A DNA stretch of 64,000 bases from a virus, in the UHGV virus genome UHGV-1366640; one strand, written 5' to 3'. A model generated the notes under the pieces. It searched no databases. It was not told where the DNA came from and was given only the letters and a program-made list of their open reading frames with translations. A program made the position numbers and the translations under genes. Shown here piece after piece: positions 28,592-36,933 of this stretch; positions within the stretch are counted from its first letter, which is position 1; the number at the start of each line of letters is the position of its first letter.

Positions 28592-28723
28592 AAAAGAAAA
28601 TCCTCAAAAGGTAACCGTACCCTACCTAACCTAAGTTTCTTTAATACAGAGTCTCTCAGACCTCTTAGAAACGGTTTTGGTAATTCCTAACCGTTTACTT
28701 TTTATCGTAAAGGAGTAAATCAC
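28592..28723 (+). repeat. Conserved leader element, copy B.
   Basis: Paralogous to 28211-28352. Confidence 0.5.
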
Positions 28724-29182
28724 ATGATTTTCCGTAAAAACAAGCACAATAAACTCAAAATTCGTATCAAGTATTTCGATGATCAGCTCGTACGAATCAA
28801 AAAGATCCACATCGGTGATTGGATAGATCTCAGAGCTGCCAAAACAATCTCTCTCAAGAAAGGAGATTTTTATGAAATTCCTCTTGGTGTTGCGATGGAA
28901 CTCCCAAAAGGATATGAAGCATGGCTTACTTCAAGGTCATCTATGGCAAAGAAATTTCATATTCAACATTGTGACGATCTCGGTGTGATTGATAACGCAT
29001 ATTGCGGTGACAATGACGAGTGGAAACTTCCTGTCATTGCTCTAAAGAATACAGTGATCAGCTTCAACGATCGTATCTGCCAATTCAGAATCCATGAATC
29101 CATGCCAGAAGTTGAAATTGAAGAAGTTGAAACTCTTGGAAATCCTGACAGAGGAGGATTGGGATCCACAGGAAAGAATTGA
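28724..29182 (+). CDS. dut: dUTPase / dCTP-deaminase-family protein.
   Basis: dUTPase motif 3 GVIDNAYCGDNDEW. Length and overall pattern typical of trimeric dUTPases. Confidence 0.6.
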   Translation: MIFRKNKHNKLKIRIKYFDDQLVRIKKIHIGDWIDLRAAKTISLKKGDFYEIPLGVAMELPKGYEAWLTSRSSMAKKFHIQHCDDLGVIDNAYCGDNDEWKLPVIALKNTVISFNDRICQFRIHESMPEVEIEEVETLGNPDRGGLGSTGKN

Positions 29183-29943
29183 ACGAATCCCTACAGTAAG
29201 TAATTAATCGCGCGTGCATGCGCACACGCACGCATGTATGAAAGAAGAGAAGATGAAAGATCTTCCTGCCAGAAAAGAGAAATGAAGAAACAGCGAAGAT
29301 CTCAATTTTCCTCAAAATCTCCTCATTTCTCAGAAATCTCTCAAAATCTTGTCAAATCTCATTAAACAGCGTGAAACCCTTTTGAGAGAAGAGATATTAT
29401 ACGAAGTATAATATCGAATCTCTTTTTAGGAAGTATATATTCAATAAAGAGAATTATGAAGAATTGAGTGAGATGTATACGAAGTATACATCGAACGAAA
29501 TGATGAATAATTCTTACATTGAGATCTCGTTAGAGATCTCTCTTCTTCTCTCTTCTTCTCTTGTTGTTGTGTAGAAGAGAGAAGATGTATAGAGGATCTC
29601 TTCATAGAGATCATTCATACATCTCTTGTTGTTAATATTATATAATAACAAGAGATGTTTCAAAAAGAAGAGATAAATCTCTTCTCAAAAGTTTTAAGAA
29701 GATCTCCTTGTCAGGAACGATCTGGGAAAGATGAAGAGAAGATCTGGTAGAGATCTGAGAAGAAAGAAGAGATGCAGGAAGAGGAAAGATCTTAGAAGAT
29801 TCTGTGAGATTGAGGATTAGAAGAGGGATCTTGGAGAGGAAATTTGGGATTTGAAAAATAAACCGTTAAATTTAAGAGTTTTTCGAAACGATAGACCGTT
29901 TATACTTGTGAAAATAATTTTAGAAAGTGAGATTGTGTGAGTC
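29183..29943. promoter_or_regulatory. Repeat-rich, ORF-free intergenic region (a candidate origin or regulatory hub). It contains promoter copy 11 at its 3' end.
   Basis: A 32-nt GC-rich alternating purine/pyrimidine tract (29209-29240). Dozens of AGATCT/GAGATCTC units. Inverted-repeat sites ATTATAC-GAA-GTATAAT (29396-29412) and ATGTATAC-GAA-GTATACAT (29473-29491). An 11-bp-stem hairpin (29620-29657). No ORF. Confidence 0.4.
29873..29907 (+). promoter_or_regulatory. Bipartite phage promoter, copy 11, with the AAACCGTTAAATTTAAGAGTT 21-mer.
   Basis: Motif family. Confidence 0.5.
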
Positions 29944-30585
29944 ATGGCAATCAAAATTCAAGAAAAGTCAATAGATCGAAATTCTCTGATTGGAGAGTTT
30001 GAGAAGGAGTACGGAAGATTTGGAATTCATCTGTCAGATGAACCTCTTGGTTCGATTGGGTACACCATCACATTCAGCGGATCTCTCTTTCAGAATCTCA
30101 CAGAGAAGGAATTGTCACTCTTAATTCCCAGATTCAAAGATGTTCTGTCAGATCTCAAAAAGATCAACAAATCAAAAGATCTCACAGAATCTTCAAACAG
30201 AATTCTGTACAAGGAGATCTCCAAGAAAGATAAGAACTTGTACACAATCTGGGATGAAGATAAGATCAAAAAGACATTCAATTTCGGTCACGGAACAATG
30301 AAAGATTTTAAGAATTATATGGATAACAACAGAAAATTCGCAGATTTTGAAAATCTTATGGAAAAGACGAATTCTCCTGATGAAGATCTCACAAAGATTC
30401 TCAAGAAGCTTCCTGCAAAAGTTCAGGCAGTAGTCATGGATCTCATCGCAGAGATTGGTGATCATCCAAAATTCAAAGATGAAGCATATTTCCAAGATCT
30501 TGCTTACAACAAGATGTCAGATAGAGGATTTTCTAAAAAGGACATCTCCCTTGCCACAGATTCTCTTGTAAAGTACTACAGATGA
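29944..30585 (+). CDS. Hypothetical protein.
   Basis: ORF after GAAAGTGAG. The first gene downstream of the repeat region. Confidence 0.45.
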   Translation: MAIKIQEKSIDRNSLIGEFEKEYGRFGIHLSDEPLGSIGYTITFSGSLFQNLTEKELSLLIPRFKDVLSDLKKINKSKDLTESSNRILYKEISKKDKNLYTIWDEDKIKKTFNFGHGTMKDFKNYMDNNRKFADFENLMEKTNSPDEDLTKILKKLPAKVQAVVMDLIAEIGDHPKFKDEAYFQDLAYNKMSDRGFSKKDISLATDSLVKYYR

Positions 30586-30962
30586 TCATCCAAGATTCTC
30601 ACAGAAAACTCAATGAAATTTCTTCTGGTGATGTAAGAATTACGAAAGCTGTGATTCTCCTTCCAGGATATCTTCCAAGAAATCGAATAGACTTCTGCAG
30701 AGACTTTTCACATGGTGTTCATGCGTTGTATAACACATATGCATGGAATACTCGTACAGATTCTCTTTCCAGTGGAGAAATTTTATCTCATTCAGAGATT
30801 GCTTACAGAAATCATGTCGATCCCAAGAAGATCATTGGGTATCTTGTCAAGGAAGGAAATCAGCCAGTTGAATGTGATCTTCTACCAGATGCATATTCTT
30901 CTCTCCAAAAGAGAGATGTTGATCTTCTTGTCAAAGAGCTCAAAAATGAGAAATGGAGTTGA
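30582..30962 (+). CDS. Hypothetical protein, paralog 1 of a tandem pair.
   Basis: ISSGDVRITKAVILLPGYLP...HGVHALYN...KIIGYLVKEG is paralogous to the next ORF. Confidence 0.45.
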   Translation: MIIQDSHRKLNEISSGDVRITKAVILLPGYLPRNRIDFCRDFSHGVHALYNTYAWNTRTDSLSSGEILSHSEIAYRNHVDPKKIIGYLVKEGNQPVECDLLPDAYSSLQKRDVDLLVKELKNEKWS

Positions 30963-30968
30963 ATTTGG

Positions 30969-31346
30969 ATGATCTTCTCAACAAGTAGAAAATTGAGCGA
31001 AGCATCTGCTGGTGACAGGAGAATCACAAAAGCGGTTGTGCTTGCTCCTGGATATATTCCAGACAGATTGGTTGATAATATTGAGGAATTCTCATTCAAT
31101 GTTCATGCAGTCTATTGCAATTCTGTCGTGAATCTCTTGACAAGAGAGATTACAGGAAATTGCAAAACTCATGCAGAAATTGAATTAAAGAATCATCTTG
31201 ATAGTGAGAAAATCATTGGTTATGTCACAAAAGATACAGATGATAGGGTTGCTGATGTTTCACTCAAGTCAGTTGCTTCAGAGCTTCTCGGAGGATCTGG
31301 TAATAAGGTAACTCTTGAAAAAGAATTGAAAAATGCTTGGAAATAA
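30969..31346 (+). CDS. Hypothetical protein, paralog 2 of a tandem pair.
   Basis: ASAGDRRITKAVVLAPGYIP...NVHAVYC...KIIGYVTKDT. Confidence 0.45.
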   Translation: MIFSTSRKLSEASAGDRRITKAVVLAPGYIPDRLVDNIEEFSFNVHAVYCNSVVNLLTREITGNCKTHAEIELKNHLDSEKIIGYVTKDTDDRVADVSLKSVASELLGGSGNKVTLEKELKNAWK

Positions 31347-31424
31347 GAAAGGATGTCTGAAAATGATTATCAATGAATTCGTAAATGAGAAGAAGATCTT
31401 TCGACTATTACTTATCATGAGCTG

Positions 31425-31649
31425 ATGAATAAGCTCGCTGCAATTAATAGAAAGTTCAATTTCGCAGAAATAGTCCTTTCAAAACTTCCCACAAGGAATA
31501 TCATACCTGAATTTGCAGTGAACTGGAAATCAAGTCCTGGAGCTGTCAGTGTGAAGACTGTTCAGGATTGTATCAAGGAACTAAATGTTGTTGTAAAAGA
31601 AGTTGAAAATCTTAATAAAAAGTATACAGGAAAATATTTTGAAGATTGA
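31425..31649 (+). CDS. Hypothetical small protein.
   Basis: ORF. Confidence 0.3.
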   Translation: MNKLAAINRKFNFAEIVLSKLPTRNIIPEFAVNWKSSPGAVSVKTVQDCIKELNVVVKEVENLNKKYTGKYFED

Positions 31650-31668
31650 TTAAAGAGGAGTTGAGAAT

Positions 31669-31965
31669 ATGATTAGAGTGATTAAAGAATCTAATAATCT
31701 TAGTAGGAATGACTTAATCGATGAAATTGATAAATATTATAACAAGCCAGGCTATATAGGTGATTTATTTCAAAATTATAAAGGACCTAATATGAAATGG
31801 TATAAATTTGTAGAAAAAGAAATAAAGAAGATAACTGGAGAATTTGTAAATACCCTTCCGGATGATGATCCAGATGAAGGTTTTTATAGCAATTTAAGTA
31901 CATCTGAATTAAAGGCTGTGTTAGATGATATTAATGCTACCATAGCCAAAGCAACAAAAAGATGA
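31669..31965 (+). CDS. Hypothetical protein.
   Basis: ORF after GGAGTTGAGAATATG. Confidence 0.4.
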   Translation: MIRVIKESNNLSRNDLIDEIDKYYNKPGYIGDLFQNYKGPNMKWYKFVEKEIKKITGEFVNTLPDDDPDEGFYSNLSTSELKAVLDDINATIAKATKR

Positions 31966-32211
31966 TAAAATAACTGTTGAATTGACAGGTCAGCAACTGA
32001 ATTTAATCAAAGATGCAATGAAAATGTGGTCAAATCCCAGTTTTTCGAAATCTCGTGAAGAGTCAGATATTGCAAAAGATATTTTGAAGAAACTAAAGTA
32101 AGAAACATTAAGACCGAACTTGCTTGAAAATCTTCAGATATTGAACGAATCTCAGACAGATGGGAAGACAAATAAATATGTATGATTAGGAAAGGGGTAT
32201 TAATTGGTAAA

Positions 32212-32742
32212 ATGATTATAAATGAATCTAAAAAACTTAATGAAGGTAATGGAGTAAGCAGTAAGATCCCTGCAATACTTGATAATTTCCTTCAGGATGT
32301 AGCTCAGATGACAGGTCAGATTTCTTATAAGGATATTGTTGAGTTAGGGAAGGATAAGAAATTATCAGTTAAGCTTGATAAGATTAAGAAGTTAAAGAAC
32401 TCTTGGGAAGATGTTGCAGATGATTATGATGATGATGCTATGATGGATGTAGGTAGGAAAATCAAAAGGATCATCAATGAATCTGCACAGGATAGTTTGT
32501 ATTTTGATAACACTGTTAAGTATGACAATGATGATATCGCTGCACAGATTTCAATCAATTATGAAGGTGAATCTAATGCAATCACTGGTTATTACAAGTT
32601 GCTTCCATTTCTCAAATCTGTTGGTGATCAAGGAGCGATCGATCAAATCGTAGAAATAATCAGTGATGAAAAGAATCATCAGCAGATACTCAAAGATCTC
32701 TCTATGAAGTATGATGGCGGAATTCCTGTTGCCAAAGATTAA
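32212..32742 (+). CDS. Hypothetical protein.
   Basis: ATG 32212 (MIINESK) after AAAGGGG. Confidence 0.4.
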   Translation: MIINESKKLNEGNGVSSKIPAILDNFLQDVAQMTGQISYKDIVELGKDKKLSVKLDKIKKLKNSWEDVADDYDDDAMMDVGRKIKRIINESAQDSLYFDNTVKYDNDDIAAQISINYEGESNAITGYYKLLPFLKSVGDQGAIDQIVEIISDEKNHQQILKDLSMKYDGGIPVAKD

Positions 32743-32951
32743 TAAATAAAATGATCGGAGTCGTATGATATGAAAACACCATGTGTGTACTGTAACAAAA
32801 GAAGTGCTGGTTGTCATTCATCTTGTGATCTTTATAAAGAATTCAAAGATGTTCTTACGAAGATTGCGAAGATGAAAGAAGATTATTATGCTTCTTTTCC
32901 AACAGCTGGTTTGAAGAATTTCCCGCAAAGATAAGAGAGGAATTTTGAAAG

Positions 32952-33218
32952 ATGATAATTCATAGATTGAATGAAGGAACTAACAATGAATATCAGACAT
33001 TTCATGTCTACAGAAGTAACTGGGAAGAAACTGGTCAGGCAATCAAATTTGCTTATGAGCGAGATGATGGTGTGAGAATGCCAAATATGATCGCTATTCC
33101 AAAATCTCAATTGATTCAGGGTGAAACGAATCCTGTTACTGGCATAACAAGATTCCGTATCAAGAAATGGATTCTTAAAAAGAACATAAGTGATGGATTT
33201 AGAATAATTGAGTGGTAG
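32952..33218 (+). CDS. Hypothetical protein.
   Basis: ORF. Confidence 0.35.
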   Translation: MIIHRLNEGTNNEYQTFHVYRSNWEETGQAIKFAYERDDGVRMPNMIAIPKSQLIQGETNPVTGITRFRIKKWILKKNISDGFRIIEW

Positions 33219-33231
33219 ATTGTGAGGTTAG

Positions 33232-33516
33232 TTGTATAATGATATTATATTGCGAGAAAGAGTTGCTGATTCTCGGGTGATTCCAATCACTCAATTGAAA
33301 GTTGGGGATTACTTCAAAATGAGCGAAAATGGTTCTATAAAGGGACCATCATATAAGGTTGTTAGTATTGACAGAAATTCAAAGGGAAGTCAAGATACTT
33401 ACATCACTTACAAAAATCGGCAAGGAGAGCAGTATGCTTTTAGTTATGATACAACTGAACCAGATGGTGGTAGATATGTAACTTGGGTAAAGTTGGTAGA
33501 TGATAGAATTCGTTGA
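33232..33516 (+). CDS. Hypothetical protein with an uncertain start.
   Basis: ORF. Confidence 0.3.
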   Translation: MYNDIILRERVADSRVIPITQLKVGDYFKMSENGSIKGPSYKVVSIDRNSKGSQDTYITYKNRQGEQYAFSYDTTEPDGGRYVTWVKLVDDRIR

Positions 33517-33549
33517 TAAACAAATGTATTTTATTGAGGAGAATGAAAG

Positions 33550-33777
33550 ATGATACTAAATGAGTCAATTCAAACAATCTCAATTGATGAAGATAAATTA
33601 GAAAAACAGATGAGAAAGCATCGTTATGATGATGATGCTTTCTTTGAATTTATACAGGATCGTTATGGTCTTACAGATGGACATGATTATCAGCTTGGAA
33701 ACGATGGTTTGACCTTCACATTCTATAATCATGCTCCAAAGTCAAAGATTCAAAGATTCAGAAGTGAGCTTGCATAG
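33550..33777 (+). CDS. Hypothetical protein.
   Basis: ORF after GGAGAATGAAAGATG. Confidence 0.35.
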   Translation: MILNESIQTISIDEDKLEKQMRKHRYDDDAFFEFIQDRYGLTDGHDYQLGNDGLTFTFYNHAPKSKIQRFRSELA

Positions 33778-33792
33778 AGAGGGGAGCTTGTT

Positions 33793-34488
33793 ATGTTAGA
33801 TAAGATCTATAAGACTCTCAAGCTCTTGAGTGAGCTTATAATCGTATGTACCCCACTGATTGCTGCTACATATTATACAGTTCTTAAGAAGTGGAAAAAG
33901 AGATCTCAAGAAATGAAAAACATTGATCTTGAAAAGAAAGGTCAGGAATTTAGATCTTTCAAGCATCAGCAGACAATCGAATCTATGAATACTCTCAAAT
34001 ATATTGTAAATATGTTTAGAGATAAGTCTTGCGCAGAGCTTGTTTGTTTTTGTCAATTAGAAAACGGAACTCTGGCAGACTCTCAGCTGAGTAATATGTA
34101 TATGACCTGTCTTGTTGAGTCTAACAGATATTCTGAGATTCCTTCAATCTCAGATAAGATACAGAGACTTCCTGTCCAAAAGATATTATCTCTTCTCACT
34201 ACAATGAATTCTCTTTCTTCAGCAATATCTGTTCAGTTGCCTCTTGAAATTCAGAAAGATGCTTCTCGTATTTGTGAAGACAGTAGTCCTTGGGCATTTC
34301 ATGTTGTTAAAAACTCTCATGGCTATATTATTGGATATATAATTTTTCGATATAATGATCTGGAAGGAATGGATGATAAAATCTTTGATGAAATAGCTCT
34401 TCATGCAGAATGTTCTGCTGCAGTTGAAGCTGAGCTTTTTAGATTTGAGAAGATGATCAGTCATAAGAGATTTGAATTGAAAATTTGA
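33793..34488 (+). CDS. Hypothetical protein with an N-terminal transmembrane segment.
   Basis: Hydrophobic N-terminus LLSELIIVCTPLIAATYYTVL. Confidence 0.4.
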   Translation: MLDKIYKTLKLLSELIIVCTPLIAATYYTVLKKWKKRSQEMKNIDLEKKGQEFRSFKHQQTIESMNTLKYIVNMFRDKSCAELVCFCQLENGTLADSQLSNMYMTCLVESNRYSEIPSISDKIQRLPVQKILSLLTTMNSLSSAISVQLPLEIQKDASRICEDSSPWAFHVVKNSHGYIIGYIIFRYNDLEGMDDKIFDEIALHAECSAAVEAELFRFEKMISHKRFELKI

Positions 34489-34545
34489 ATTTCTTTGTCT
34501 TTTGAAAGATCTTAAATATTTGTATGAAGGGAGAGAAGGATCAAT

Positions 34546-36489
34546 ATGAATTTTCATAATAGAATTCCAAGTCCGGGAAATACAGTTTCTGTCGATTTTG
34601 AATATGAGAAACCTGTAAGTTCAAGTGATCTTAATGAGATTCAGTCGATTCAGTCTTCTGAAGATAAGATAGATATTCGTGGTAAATATACAATGAGATC
34701 TGATAATGGTTTTATTATGCATGCTGAGATCACTGATATTGTCATCCCATCATACAATGGTGTGAGATATAATATCAATATACATCTCACAACTCCATGG
34801 ATTGTGGAATCTGTAGCAGACGATTCAGACACTGCTTTTCATAAATATTTGTATTGCTATGTAAGAACTCGTCAAGTAGACTCTAATTCTACTTTGTATA
34901 AGAATGGACTTCGTAGTCCTGTACTAATTAATGGCTCTTCCGTAGAAGAGACACTTCCAAATATTATTATGGATCCTCTTCTTGCAGAGGAGATCAGCGC
35001 TCGTACAATTTCAGAGATCGCATTTACTCTTGGAGAACAGCCAAATTTTCCATGGACAGATGCTGTCAAGATTGATGTTTCTCGGTATTATATGAAGTTG
35101 GGTTATGGTCTTATGAATGATACAACAACTCCATATCTTTCAACAGATAGTGCGTTTCTCCCATCTCAGACAGAGTTCAATCAGATGGCTTTTCGTTTAG
35201 GAGAACCAGTCCTCCTGCATAGAGATCCATTGATTGAGATGGATATAGTGACAGGAGCAAATGGAACTTCTGGGTCTTATGTGACAGCTCGCCGACTTTC
35301 AAAAATGAAATTTGTTGCATTCAATCGTTGTATTGAATTAGATGATATCTACCTTTCAAAGAATCTTGATATCTCAAATAACACAAGAGCTGTAATTGTA
35401 TATGCTTATCTTTCTCCAGATAGATCATCAGGACTTCAAATAATGGTGAGTGGTTCATTAATTAAGACTCTTGAGTATGATCTTCCGTTAACAATCATGA
35501 TTGAGACTATCAAGACTCCTGGAGATGTAAATGCGAATCTTCGTATGGGTTATGAAGTTTTGTATGCAGGAGTTGAAGCAACACCATTGGGTTCTGAAAA
35601 TACTACAAATTATGGATCTTCTTGCTTGATTGTAGTAGATCCGTCACTTTCTGCGTCAGAATCAGACTTCACAGATCATTCAGGTATTTCAGCATCTTAT
35701 CTTTGGTCCTCTGAAGGCTTGAATCTTCTTGTTAATTCTGATATTGCAATGATCAATAATGATATGTCACTTTTTGTTGGAAGAGAACAGACAGCTGTTG
35801 GTGGTTTGAATTCAATTTCTTGTAAGAAGATCTATACTGAGCCATTGTTGCTTCTTATGAGTGCAATGAATATGATTTTTTCATCAACCTCCACTATTTC
35901 CTGTGATATCTATAATTCATTCTCTTGTGATTATGGATTCAATTATTGGGGATCATCTTCTGTGATTTTCGATTTTCATGGAAATACAGTTGATTGTAAT
36001 TATCTCTTTTCAAGTCTTGCTCTTAATAGATCTCCTGTTATAAAGAATTTGAATCTTACAGGATATCTCCTTCAAAAAGCTGCTTCATCTACTGCTATTT
36101 ATACAGCTATTCAAGTAGATGATTCTTCTTTCAAGTTTGGTTGTAGCAATACAACTAATCCTTGGAAGATAAGAATGAAATGCAAGAACTGTAAGATAAC
36201 AGTTGATTCAATCAGTAATCATGTTGGTACAGCAAGTACTGATCATGGTATCTGGTTTATCAATAACATATTCTATCTTCCAGATGGGACAAATGACTGT
36301 ATAGTACCATATGGAGTTGCAAGTGATAATATTCGTAATTGGATGGGAAATATAGCAGTGAAAATTGGTGGTAGTGCAGCAGCTAATAAGCTGTATATTT
36401 ATAATGCAGATTTTAGTGCTACGATTGACATTTCTGTAGATGATTATGGTAACAGAATTGTTGATAATAAGATTTATTCTACTGTATAG
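34546..36489 (+). CDS. Large virion structural protein, putatively a tail fibre or baseplate protein.
   Basis: 647-aa Ser/Thr/Asn/Gly-rich ORF at the start of a block of very large ORFs. The call is by composition and position only. Confidence 0.35.
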   Translation: MNFHNRIPSPGNTVSVDFEYEKPVSSSDLNEIQSIQSSEDKIDIRGKYTMRSDNGFIMHAEITDIVIPSYNGVRYNINIHLTTPWIVESVADDSDTAFHKYLYCYVRTRQVDSNSTLYKNGLRSPVLINGSSVEETLPNIIMDPLLAEEISARTISEIAFTLGEQPNFPWTDAVKIDVSRYYMKLGYGLMNDTTTPYLSTDSAFLPSQTEFNQMAFRLGEPVLLHRDPLIEMDIVTGANGTSGSYVTARRLSKMKFVAFNRCIELDDIYLSKNLDISNNTRAVIVYAYLSPDRSSGLQIMVSGSLIKTLEYDLPLTIMIETIKTPGDVNANLRMGYEVLYAGVEATPLGSENTTNYGSSCLIVVDPSLSASESDFTDHSGISASYLWSSEGLNLLVNSDIAMINNDMSLFVGREQTAVGGLNSISCKKIYTEPLLLLMSAMNMIFSSTSTISCDIYNSFSCDYGFNYWGSSSVIFDFHGNTVDCNYLFSSLALNRSPVIKNLNLTGYLLQKAASSTAIYTAIQVDDSSFKFGCSNTTNPWKIRMKCKNCKITVDSISNHVGTASTDHGIWFINNIFYLPDGTNDCIVPYGVASDNIRNWMGNIAVKIGGSAAANKLYIYNADFSATIDISVDDYGNRIVDNKIYSTV

Positions 36490-36502
36490 GAGTGATGTAT
36501 AG

Positions 36503-36919
36503 ATGAAAAATATCGTTAAGATGATTTTTGTTAAGTCTGACGAAGATCAATCATTTGGAATCTATACAAGTTCAGTAGATTTGGGGAGAGTGGGAGATTC
36601 AAATGCATCTCAACTCTCTTTTCCAAATGTTGTTTCTGAGATCTATGAAAATGGATATAATCTTACATTAACATTTCTTCCTGTTGGTGTTGTCAATGCT
36701 AATCCTCTCACATATACATTCCTCAATGCAGATAATAAGACAGTATTTGATATTCCTTCTGAATTGACAAAATACCAATCTTATGATTGTCAGGCAAGAA
36801 TTTCAGATTCATCTGGTCAGGTTTGTCTTTCAAATAAGATCAGGTTCTATCTCACGCAATCTCTCATAACAAAATCTATCACAGATACTCCAGGATCTCC
36901 TGGAGATCTTCTTATATAA
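36503..36919 (+). CDS. Hypothetical structural protein.
   Basis: ORF. Confidence 0.35.
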   Translation: MKNIVKMIFVKSDEDQSFGIYTSSVDLGRVGDSNASQLSFPNVVSEIYENGYNLTLTFLPVGVVNANPLTYTFLNADNKTVFDIPSELTKYQSYDCQARISDSSGQVCLSNKIRFYLTQSLITKSITDTPGSPGDLLI

Positions 36920-36933
36920 GGAGTTGGTATAAT

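Noticed and set aside
31966-32211. 245-nt gap containing a 47-codon open frame (KDDKITVELTGQQLNLIKDAMKMW...) in the +1 frame relative to the upstream gene.
   Set aside because: It has no start codon with an RBS. A frameshift extension of the upstream gene is conceivable but unsupported. It is left unannotated.
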